64,000 nt of DNA from Chitinophagales bacterium (GTDB taxonomy: Bacteria > Bacteroidota > Bacteroidia > Chitinophagales > JADIYW01), in the NCBI GenBank assembly GCA_020636535.1, contig JACJXT010000011.1, forward strand, positions 1,316,812-1,380,811, written 5' to 3'. Below the pieces are notes generated by a model, which searched no databases, had not been told where the DNA came from, and was given only the letters and a program-made list of their open reading frames with translations. Position numbers and translations under genes: made by a program. Position 1 is the first letter of the stretch; the number at the start of each line of letters is the position of its first letter. Below are positions 1-7,288 of this stretch, in pieces.

Positions 1-46
1 ACAAACACACCATACATCATTTTAAACAATTTAATCTAATATAAGT

Positions 47-1303
47 ATGTCTAAGTTAGTTCCAACTATTGAAGGAATAGAAGATGCAGCACTAAAATTA
101 AATGGAATAATAGAACCAACGCCATTGCAATTTAATAAAAATCTATCAGAGTTATATGATGCTAATATATATGTAAAGAGAGAAGATTTACAAATAGTTC
201 GTTCGTATAAAATTAGAGGTGCTTATAATTTTATTTGTAGATTAAATAAAGCACAAAAAAAGAATGGTGTTATTTGTGCTAGTGCAGGCAATCATGCACA
301 AGGTTTTGCTTATTCGTGTTACTTACTAAAGATAAAAGGAACTGTAGTAATGCCAATGACTACGCCAAAACAAAAAGTAAGTGCTGTACAACGAATAGGA
401 AAGGAGTTTATTACCGTAGAACTTTTTGGCGATACTTACGATGATGCTAAAAGTTTTGCAGATAAAATGGCTCAAAAAAATAATGCTACACTTGTGCCAC
501 CATTTAATCATGCTTTGATTATGGAAGGACAAGGAACTGTTGCTTTAGAAATGTTACAACAGTTAGGCAAAAAGAAAGTAGATGCTGTAGTAGTGCCAAT
601 TGGTGGTGGTGGTTTAGCCAGTGGTATGATGACTTATTTAGAAAAGTATGCACCAAATACAACTATTTATGGTGCAGAACCTTTAGGTGCACCAGCAATG
701 TACGAATCAATTCAAAAAAATAAATTAATAAAATTAAAACATATAGATAAATTTGTTGATGGTGCAGCTGTAAAAGAAGTCGGTGACTTAAGTTTTAGTT
801 TACTAAAAAATAAATTAAAAGAAGTAGTATTAGTTCCAGAAGGCAAAGTTTGTACTACTATTTTACAACTGTATAATAGAGATGCCATTATTGCAGAACC
901 AGCAGGAGCATTGTCTGTTGCTGCACTCGATTTAATTAAAGACGAAATTAAAGGTAAAACCATAGTTTGTGTAATTAGTGGAGGCAATAACGATATTGAG
1001 AGAATGCCAGAAATTAAAGAGAAGTCTTTATTGTATGAAGGATTGAAGCACTATTTCATCATCAAATTTCCGCAACGCTCTGGAGCATTAAAACAGTTTG
1101 TAAATAAAGTACTAGGACCAAATGACGATATTACTTTGTTTGAATATACGAAGAAGAACACCAAAGAAAGTGGACCAGCATTGGTTGGTGTAGAATTGAA
1201 GAACAAAGAAGATTATAATGGTTTAGTTGACAGAATGAAAAAATACAATGTAGACTTTACTAACTTAAACGAAGACCCAATTCTATTTAACTTTTTGGTG
1301 TAG
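47..1303 (+). CDS. ilvA: threonine ammonia-lyase (threonine dehydratase), PLP-dependent, with C-terminal regulatory (ACT-like) extension
   Basis: 418-aa ORF. PLP-lysine context SYKIRGAYN, GNHAQG and the glycine loop PIGGGGL are typical of Trp-synthase-beta-fold dehydratases. It also has a C-terminal extension of about 90 aa. Confidence 0.88.
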   Translation: MSKLVPTIEGIEDAALKLNGIIEPTPLQFNKNLSELYDANIYVKREDLQIVRSYKIRGAYNFICRLNKAQKKNGVICASAGNHAQGFAYSCYLLKIKGTVVMPMTTPKQKVSAVQRIGKEFITVELFGDTYDDAKSFADKMAQKNNATLVPPFNHALIMEGQGTVALEMLQQLGKKKVDAVVVPIGGGGLASGMMTYLEKYAPNTTIYGAEPLGAPAMYESIQKNKLIKLKHIDKFVDGAAVKEVGDLSFSLLKNKLKEVVLVPEGKVCTTILQLYNRDAIIAEPAGALSVAALDLIKDEIKGKTIVCVISGGNNDIERMPEIKEKSLLYEGLKHYFIIKFPQRSGALKQFVNKVLGPNDDITLFEYTKKNTKESGPALVGVELKNKEDYNGLVDRMKKYNVDFTNLNEDPILFNFLV

Positions 1304-1350
1304 ACGAAAGTAAATTTGATTTAATTGTTTATTCTAAATAAATAATAATA

Positions 1351-1588
1351 AACCGTCCATTGCGAAATTTTGAGAAGTAGGAACAAAATTGTGGCAATTT
1401 GTGCTGTCGGGAGTTTTCTCCCGACAATTTATAAATACTGTTAATAGAACATAGGAATCTGTTGGAAGGAAACTTCCAACAGCACAGAAAATAATTTCCA
1501 TCAGAGTTACTCGATAGAGAACTCTGATGGGTGAGATGCTACCGTAAACTATACCAAGTACTACACAAAAATACCAAAGCCAAAATAT
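1351..1588. repeat. R1-family intergenic hairpin repeat, cut at its right side by the IS1-like insertion
   Basis: ACCGTCCATTGCGAAATTTTGAGA...AAAATTGTGGCAAT matches 7186-7232 and 55389-55440. It is followed by three strong stem-loops: GTCGGGAG/CTCCCGAC (1406-1425), CTGTTGGAAG-GAAA-CTTCCAACAG (1459-1482) and CCATCAGAGTT.../...AACTCTGATGG (1498-1530). Confidence 0.7.
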
Positions 1589-2854
1589 GGTAATGTACTG
1601 AAAAATAGTTGGTGCATTTGACAAAAATAATGTTTAGCTTTCTCCAGTTAATCTGAAGAGGATAAAAGCACTGGTGGAGACCAACTTTTTAGCAATAGGA
1701 TTAATGTATATACAAAAAATGGGTTGATAGATAACTATCAACCTTTTTCATTTTTTGGTATACTTGATGGCTAAAAAAACTCTATTTTTCATTAGATAAA
1801 TACACATACCATTTGATGAAATTTATTCTATTTTTTAAAGTCAAACCTCTGTGCAAATCAAGATGATTTTTTAGATGGCTAAAATAACCTTCAATTCCAT
1901 TTGTTGTTCTTGGTATTTTTGGATTTTCTAAATAGTGAAACATATTAGGCAATGCTCTTTTTATTGAGAAGTAGGATCTTCTTAGTAGTTTATGAGTATA
2001 CCAATACCTTCTAGTTTCTAAGTTAATAGTCTTTTCATTAAGATAGTCTTTGTGTCTTTCATACCATAGCTTTAACTCTCTTGTCCACCATATTTTATCA
2101 TTCTGTGTTTCTATTTTGAGTAATAGCAAAATATGTTTTCTAAGTTCTTGTCCTGCTATGTGTTTAGGGTATTTAGTAAGCCATAGTAAGCACATTCGTT
2201 GAATATGTACCAAGCATCTTTGTATAACTATATTACTGTCAGTATGTTTAATTGCTTTTAATATACTTTTAGCACCATCTGAGGTAATACTTTCTAATTT
2301 AATGCCTAAGTGTATTAAATTACTTAAATCTTCCTTAATCTCTTCAAAATGCTCTCCATCTGAAAAACGGATAAGTTGTGTATAGCCATCAAGATTATCT
2401 TGATAAGCTATTAAACAGAACTGTGCAAAATAAGTACCGTCCACTCTAAGATTAACTTGTTCTCTTTTTATGATTTTAACCGTGGGCGAACGCTCTAAAA
2501 TTTTATAAAAGGTTCTTTGTAAGGTGTCTTTTGAATAACCACTATCTCTACATAATGTGTTGTAGGTTTGTCTTTCTATTATCCATTTCTTGAACCATAT
2601 GAATCGGTTCTTTATTTTTTGTTCTGGTCTATTCCTTGTGAATAATATGCCACAGTTTTTACACTTAAATCTTTGCTTGTTTTGTTGTTTGCCCCAGCAT
2701 ATTACATCTAAACTACTACAGCTCCAACATCGCTTTTTTTTGCCATTTTTTAACAAAGAAAATATTTTATGAAATACATTTCATAAAATATCTAGTTTAA
2801 CCTTTATTTATAGTACTCTTGATACAATACACCAACTATTTTTCAGTATTATGC
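1589..2854 (-). mobile_element. IS1-family-like insertion sequence (single long transposase ORF)
   Basis: A 19-bp perfect inverted repeat, TACTGAAAAATAGTTGGTG, lies at 1596-1614 and as its reverse complement at 2830-2848. The left terminus starts GGTAATG, as I recall for IS1 ends. The 9-bp direct repeat CCAAAATAT flanks the element at 1580-1588 and 2855-2863, consistent with a target-site duplication. Confidence 0.75.
1782..2756 (-). CDS. transposase with N-terminal zinc ribbon (IS1 / IS1595-like)
   Basis: 324 aa. The N-terminus CWSCSS...GKQQNKQRFKCKNCGILF is a CxxC...CxxC ribbon as in IS1 InsA and IS1595 transposases. Candidate catalytic acidic residues are RVDGTYF and ITSDGAK. The ORF sits between the inverted repeats. 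Confidence 0.75.
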   Translation of the reverse strand: MLKNGKKKRCWSCSSLDVICWGKQQNKQRFKCKNCGILFTRNRPEQKIKNRFIWFKKWIIERQTYNTLCRDSGYSKDTLQRTFYKILERSPTVKIIKREQVNLRVDGTYFAQFCLIAYQDNLDGYTQLIRFSDGEHFEEIKEDLSNLIHLGIKLESITSDGAKSILKAIKHTDSNIVIQRCLVHIQRMCLLWLTKYPKHIAGQELRKHILLLLKIETQNDKIWWTRELKLWYERHKDYLNEKTINLETRRYWYTHKLLRRSYFSIKRALPNMFHYLENPKIPRTTNGIEGYFSHLKNHLDLHRGLTLKNRINFIKWYVYLSNEK

Positions 2855-2899
2855 CCAAAATATAATTTATATAAATAAGTATATGTAATGCTGTATACT

Positions 2900-4198
2900 A
2901 AGACCGTTGCAAGGCAGTGATAAAAAATAATATAGAATAATGCTAGTAGTTATACTATAATTTAGTATATTAGAGTTATGAAAATAAATAAGCCACTCAC
3001 ATTAGCAGACAGTATATGCGATACACGCGTAAAGAAAGTTAAACAAGTTTTCTTTACACAAATTAACCAGTTAATAGATTGGCAACAAATTAGTACAGTA
3101 ATAGATAAGTATTACACCAAAGGCACAAGTGCAACAGGCAAGCCAAGTTATGATGGATTGTTATTATTCAAAATCTGTTTACTACAAACATGGTACGGAC
3201 TAAGTGATTACGAAGTAGAAGACAGAATAAATGACAGCCTCTCCTTTAGTTCTTTCTTAGAATTAACCATAGACCAAACCTCACCAGACCATAGTACCAT
3301 AAGCAGATTTAGAACAGCAATGACAGGAGCAGGAGCATATGATGAATTATTAAAAAGCATAAACAAACAATTAGAACAACATCAAATACTAGTAAAGACA
3401 GGAGCTATAGTAGATGCCAGTATAGTAGAAACACCATTAAAACCCAAAGGAAAAAGTAATTATGAGCTTGAAGCACAACAACAACAACAAGAGCAATCAC
3501 AAGAAGTACCAACAAAGACGGTAGAAAAAAAATACAGTACAAGTGTAGACATAGAAGCAGCATGGATAAAGAGAGGCAAACAACTAAAATATGGCTATAA
3601 GAAACACTATGTAACAGACAACGAAGGATTAGTATTAGGCGTATTAACCACCAAAGCAAGTGTAAATGAAATTAGTAATCTAGAAACGGTATTAAAAACA
3701 GCAGACTTACCAAAAGACATAGCAGTAAAAGCAGACAAAGGTTATCAATCAGAGAAGAATAATGAATTGTTAAAGACATTAGGATTAAAAAATAACATAT
3801 TAAAAAAAGCAACTAAAAATAAAGCATTAACACAAGCCCAAACAGATTATAACAAACTAATAAGCAAAACCAGATATAAAATAGAACGCACTTTTGGCAG
3901 TATAAAAAGATGGTTTAACGGCGGTATAGCAAGATACAGAGGCATAGCCAAGATGCACACACAAAACATAATGGAAGCCATAGCATATAATTTATACAGA
4001 AGTCCAGGGATACTTATGTCCAAAGCATAAAAAAGCGAAGAAAAGTAAAAAAAAAGAGTACTAAACAAACAAAAATCAATCAAAAAAGATAAAAAATAAC
4101 AAAATAAGCCAATAAAACAAACAAATTAAAATATAACAAATATAAACTAATGAATATAATAAATAAAAAACAAAAATTTCACCTTTTGCAACGGTCTC
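2900..4198 (+). mobile_element. IS5-family insertion sequence
   Basis: Terminal inverted repeats AGACCGTTGCAAGG (2901-2914) and CCTTTTGCAACGGTCT (4182-4197). ATACT occurs immediately outside both ends (2895-2899 and 4199-4203) and may be a target duplication. The element encloses a DDE transposase. Confidence 0.8.
2978..4030 (+). CDS. IS5-family DDE transposase
   Basis: 350 aa. The N-terminal block GKPSYDGLLLFKICLLQTWYGLSDYEVEDRINDSLSF...HSTISRFR and the C-terminal YKIERTFGSIKRWF...RYRG are typical of IS4/IS5 DDE_Tnp_1 transposases. Confidence 0.88.
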   Translation: MKINKPLTLADSICDTRVKKVKQVFFTQINQLIDWQQISTVIDKYYTKGTSATGKPSYDGLLLFKICLLQTWYGLSDYEVEDRINDSLSFSSFLELTIDQTSPDHSTISRFRTAMTGAGAYDELLKSINKQLEQHQILVKTGAIVDASIVETPLKPKGKSNYELEAQQQQQEQSQEVPTKTVEKKYSTSVDIEAAWIKRGKQLKYGYKKHYVTDNEGLVLGVLTTKASVNEISNLETVLKTADLPKDIAVKADKGYQSEKNNELLKTLGLKNNILKKATKNKALTQAQTDYNKLISKTRYKIERTFGSIKRWFNGGIARYRGIAKMHTQNIMEAIAYNLYRSPGILMSKA

Positions 4199-4228
4199 AT
4201 ACTTATAATTTTTAGCATTTTTTACCCA

Positions 4229-4245
4229 GTTGTGCAACGGTCACC
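4229..4245. repeat. 17-mer GTTGTGCAACGGTCACC (copy 1), just downstream of the stop of the last cassette gene
   Basis: An identical 17-mer is at 55621-55637. Its reverse complement, GGTGACCGTTGCACAAC, resembles the IS5 terminal repeat GAGACCGTTGCAAAAG. Confidence 0.8.
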
Positions 4246-4264
4246 ATTGTTGCCTGTAGTACTT

Positions 4265-5275
4265 TTATGTAAAATATTCAGTTAATAAATGGCTTGCGTG
4301 CTTGTTTACAAATTTATTCACGGCTTTACTTTCGTGTTTTTCCAATGCGTCATATTCAGCTCGGTTTTCTTTGAGAAAGTCTGTTAGAATATCCTTGTTG
4401 AACATTCCTAATATTCGTCCATAGTCTTTTTTTGGGTTCACTTCGCCAATTTTACTAATCACATTATTCAGTCGATTTGCAGAAATGTACTTGTAAGCCT
4501 CTTGGCAAAGATTTTCCGCCTCTTCGCTCAACTCTTCGTCATCGTGCAAAATCTGTCGCAATATATCTTTGTCGATATAGTTATTGTTTTCAGACCAATC
4601 CTCGTTTTTGTTCTTGATTAGTATTCTCGAACCACTATTAAAGAACAAAGGTCTTACAGGTCGAATAACAACACCTTCGCAAATGTTGCCGTCAATTTCT
4701 GGTAACCCAAATTTAGCAGGTAAAGTACTTTTAAATCTATTTGGATATTCCAAGCATTCGTTTAAACTGCCTTTAAAAAGAGTATCTGCGTAAATAAATC
4801 CAAATTTTTCAAAAAGTTCATTTGTCTTTTGTACATCAAGATATTCCTCGCCATTTATTAGTATGTCAAATGCGAAAAACTCATTTTCTGGGTTGTAATA
4901 AATTCCTCTCTGCACCAATTTAGCATCTTTGCTAATCGGCACATCTTTGTGAGGGTAACCACCACCAATTAATTCGCCAAAAACGGTCAGAGTATTTAAT
5001 TCAAAACCTTTCGAAAGGTTTTGGAATAGTTCAATGACCTTGCTCTTATATATTTCTAGAACGGACTTCGAATTGTAGAAATTTTCGTCATCAGCTATCA
5101 TTTCGGTTCGTTTTGCTGAAGTTACTTCTTTCCCGTTGGTAATAAAGCTCAAATTCGCACCATGAGTTTTTTCCTGAACAATGTAATCTATTTCGGCAAA
5201 TCCTCCGTCAAAAATTGATTGTATAAACTCTTTTTGATATGAGTTTTCTATTGAATTGAACTTCTTAAATTCCAT
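4265..5275 (-). CDS. Rnl2-type ATP-dependent RNA ligase
   Basis: 336 aa. The N-terminus MEFKKFNSIENSY resembles that of T4 Rnl2. Nucleotidyltransferase motifs are present: I QEKTHGAN (the KxxG lysine), III VFGELIGGGY, IV CEGVVIRP, V ILIKNKN. Confidence 0.78.
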   Translation of the reverse strand: MEFKKFNSIENSYQKEFIQSIFDGGFAEIDYIVQEKTHGANLSFITNGKEVTSAKRTEMIADDENFYNSKSVLEIYKSKVIELFQNLSKGFELNTLTVFGELIGGGYPHKDVPISKDAKLVQRGIYYNPENEFFAFDILINGEEYLDVQKTNELFEKFGFIYADTLFKGSLNECLEYPNRFKSTLPAKFGLPEIDGNICEGVVIRPVRPLFFNSGSRILIKNKNEDWSENNNYIDKDILRQILHDDEELSEEAENLCQEAYKYISANRLNNVISKIGEVNPKKDYGRILGMFNKDILTDFLKENRAEYDALEKHESKAVNKFVNKHASHLLTEYFT

Positions 5276-5321
5276 TTTATGCTATTATTCTCAATGTTGG
5301 TTTGTATTATGGGCAACGGCT

Positions 5322-5432
5322 AAAAATTTGTGTTGTGGTTGCGTGAGCAAGACGAACTTAACTTACAACAGAACTATTAATTTATAAAATTACGAATATT
5401 TTCCAAATCTACCAACCATAACACAAATTTTT
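5322..5432. repeat. 20-bp inverted repeat with a 71-nt loop, between the HNH and ligase genes
   Basis: AAAAATTTGTGTTGTGGTTG (5322-5341) pairs with CAACCATAACACAAATTTTT (5413-5432), with one G-T pair on the + strand. GGGCAACGGC (5311-5320) lies next to it, and a TAGATTTG -7-like box lies on the - strand at 5404-5411. Confidence 0.7.
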
Positions 5433-5448
5433 TGTTACCACCAGTTTT

Positions 5449-6378
5449 TTAGTCTGCATATTTATTACTTCGTCCAATGTTACACTCATTGCATAATGTC
5501 CGCAAATTATTAAAAACTGTCAAGCCACCTTTTGAGTGAGGAGTAATGTGGTCGATATGTAATTTTATTCCGTCCTTGGGAGTTTTACCACATATTAAAC
5601 AAGTAGATTTGTCCCGATGAAGGACTTTAAAACGTAATGAAAGAGGAATAGCTCTTTTTGCACGTTGGTCTTTAATTACACTTGGCAACTCTTTTGTCGT
5701 CTCAATATTAGTTTCTAATGATTTGAATTCTGAACTGATATTTTTGAAGGAGGGGAACAACTCAATTTCATATCCCTTATTAGCCATAAAATGTCCTTTT
5801 AAAATTGAGACAACTAAAAAATCATTGAGAAACTTTTCGGCTGAAGTAGTTAAAAACTCGTTAGTTTTCAAATCAAATATTCCAAATAAAATGTCATTGT
5901 TGTCAGTAATGTCGTAACCAAGATTATTGAGAATTTCGGCAAATAAATACTGTTTTAATTTACGATGTGAAATCGCAAGATCTTTATGTCCGTCCAGTTG
6001 CTGAGTAAATGTCAATTTGGAAGTTAGTGAAAGTTGACTTGACTCGTCTTTATGTCGTGATAAATTTATTGTAAAAATCATTCCTGTACCTGAATTAGAT
6101 TCAACATAACTGGCAAGTCTGAAATGTTTATTACCAGAACTTGTTATGTTTTCATAAAGCTGAATATAAAACAAAAGTGTTTGTCCATTTATTACCACTT
6201 GAAATTGAAGCTTAAAGTCGAAAAGGTCTTTGCCAGAAAAGTTTGAAAACAGTCCTGACATTGTCCGCTTTGATTTTAATAGAAAGGAACCAACTTTAAT
6301 AAAGTCGTTTTTTAATGTCACCGTCTTTACTTTATTGGCAAAGTCAGTCAGTTCTTTTTTGGTCAGGTCTGTCGTCAT
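5449..6378 (-). CDS. HNH endonuclease-domain protein with an unrecognised N-terminal domain of about 230 aa
   Basis: The C-terminus CLICG...HIDHITPHSKGG...NLRTLCNECNIGRSN is a beta-beta-alpha-Me (HNH) motif. The track ORF runs to 6510, but its first 44 codons lie in the duplicated GC-rich element. The start is therefore placed at the ATG at 6378 (MTTDLTKKE...). Confidence 0.75.
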   Translation of the reverse strand: MTTDLTKKELTDFANKVKTVTLKNDFIKVGSFLLKSKRTMSGLFSNFSGKDLFDFKLQFQVVINGQTLLFYIQLYENITSSGNKHFRLASYVESNSGTGMIFTINLSRHKDESSQLSLTSKLTFTQQLDGHKDLAISHRKLKQYLFAEILNNLGYDITDNNDILFGIFDLKTNEFLTTSAEKFLNDFLVVSILKGHFMANKGYEIELFPSFKNISSEFKSLETNIETTKELPSVIKDQRAKRAIPLSLRFKVLHRDKSTCLICGKTPKDGIKLHIDHITPHSKGGLTVFNNLRTLCNECNIGRSNKYAD

Positions 6379-6390
6379 AAAAATTGGTGG

Positions 6391-6574
6391 TAACGTAGGG
6401 CGGATTTGCGAAGTCCTGAAGCGTGTAACGAAGTTACACAAAGCGAAAGGATTTTGCAAATCCGCTGATGTGTTGAAGGTCGTAGCGACAGCGAAGACCG
6501 TTCGACGCATCAGCGGATGTAATCCGCCCTACGATGTGCAAAAGACGCAGCGGTAGCGGAGACTTTTGCACATC
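6391..6574 (+). repeat. R4 GC-rich structured element, copy 1 (candidate ncRNA, 5' leader or folded recombination site)
   Basis: Identical to 58982-59165 except for the paired positions 6396 and 6531. A 12-bp closing helix, CGTAGGGCGGAT/ATCCGCCCTACG, encloses two long arms, followed by the 12-bp hairpin GATGTGCAAAAG/CTTTTGCACATC. Confidence 0.9.
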
Positions 6575-6575
6575 A

Positions 6576-6611
6576 CCCAAATATACGCAATAAAATAACT
6601 TGCGTATATTT
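6576..6611. repeat. mini-palindrome related to the R2 (CCCAAAT...) MITE ends; may also act as a + strand terminator
   Basis: CCCAAATATACGCAA-N9-TTGCGTATATTT followed by TTTTTT. The - strand reads TATATTTG (6578-6585), a Bacteroidetes -7-like box facing the R4 element and the HNH gene. Confidence 0.5.
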
Positions 6612-6761
6612 TTTTGCTAAAAATATTTTTTGTTTATAATGTTTTTATTCTCAATACTATATAAAAGATATGTTTTTGCGTATTTTAAATATATTCCATT
6701 GCCTGTTTGCTACTTTATTAGTGGGAAATACTTAGAATACGCAATATGCTTTGGTAGAAAT

Positions 6762-7020
6762 ATAGCATGAAGATGACTTCATACTATACTGAAGATGGCT
6801 TCATACTATACTGAAGATGGCTTCATACTATACTGAAGATGACTTCATACTATACTGAAGATGCTTCATGCTATACTGAAGATGCTTCATACTATACTGA
6901 AGATGACTTCATACTATACTGAAGATGACTTCATACTATACTGAAGATGACTTCATACTATACTGAAGATGACTTCATACCATACTGAAGATAACTTCAT
7001 ACTATACTGAAGACAACTCA
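6762..7020. repeat. tandem array of 11 full units of 21-22 bp (plus partial ends); each unit is a small hairpin
   Basis: The unit GAAGATGACTTCATACTATACT starts at 6769, 6791, 6813, 6835, 6857, 6878, 6899, 6921, 6943, 6965 and 6987. CTTCA-N8-TGAAG forms a hairpin across unit junctions. There are only point variants and no spacers. Confidence 0.95.
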
Positions 7021-7087
7021 ATCATTTTAGATTCCGTATATTTTTTGTTCCTCAAAATTACGGAAGGGTGGCAGTTTATTAAGTAAA

Positions 7088-7232
7088 GTGTTTTTTGATT
7101 TAGGAGATACTTTGTTCGTTTCCTCATTCAGTATAGGCAGTTGGTGGTAAAGAGTTGCTCTAAGTAAAATGTAATTTAATAAAACCGTCTATTGCAAGAT
7201 TTTGTGAAGCATGAATAAAATTGTGGCAATCT
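7088..7232. repeat. R1-family intergenic hairpin repeat
   Basis: GTGTTTTTTGATTTAGGAGATACTTTGTTCGTTTCCTCATTCAGTATAGGCAG ... AAACCGTCTATTGCAAGATTTTGTGAAG...AATTGTGGCAATCT. The two arms are imperfect inverted repeats. It matches 55295-55440 and 55518-55575. Confidence 0.7.
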
Positions 7233-7288
7233 CCAACTTCAGAATGCTAACAATAGATTTAAGTTAATAGCTATTCTTTTCTACAACC

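Noticed and set aside
326-987. Antisense or shadow ORFs inside strong genes, for example 326-532, 712-987, 3405-3659, 17061-17279, 22115-22519, 34476-34934, 38178-38465, 42501-42785, 53355-53624 and 62224-62430.
   Set aside because: Each is fully embedded, antisense or out of frame, in a gene with clear family motifs. No independent support exists.
1334-1624. A 96-aa ORF on the - strand, and similar ORFs over repeats (35814-36149, 47173-47361, 57690-57962, 40292-40480, 47827-48009).
   Set aside because: They lie entirely within intergenic repeat or hairpin sequence or overlap well-supported genes. They have low-complexity hydrophobic composition typical of AT-rich random frames and no motifs.
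6466-6520. A hammerhead-like CUGAUG...CGAA within the structured element.
   Set aside because: The core reads CUGAUGU rather than CUGAnGA. The required GAAA plus cleavage-site arrangement around three helices is not satisfied.
6230-6556. ORFs crossing the structured element: 6230-6556 (+), 58848-59147 (+), 58967-59191 (-), and the N-terminal 44 codons of 5449-6510 (-).
   Set aside because: The element is open in frames on both strands. The ORFs start in non-homologous flanks, have no plausible start context, and give peptides rich in Arg/Cys/Lys, as expected from GC-rich palindromic sequence. The only two differences between the copies fall on paired helix positions, which fits structure rather than coding.
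5449-6574. The HNH gene plus the adjacent structured element as an IscB/HEARO (omega-RNA guided nuclease) locus.
   Set aside because: The protein is only about 310 aa, and I see no RuvC-like motifs or PLMP-type N-terminus. The element lies 5' of the gene rather than 3', and its best fold is on the opposite strand. The same element also precedes an unrelated restriction-modification cassette.
6762-7020. The 22-bp tandem array as a CRISPR array or a TIGR-type guide array.
   Set aside because: Units are contiguous with no unique spacers. Variation is a handful of point changes. No cas or Nop-domain gene is evident nearby.
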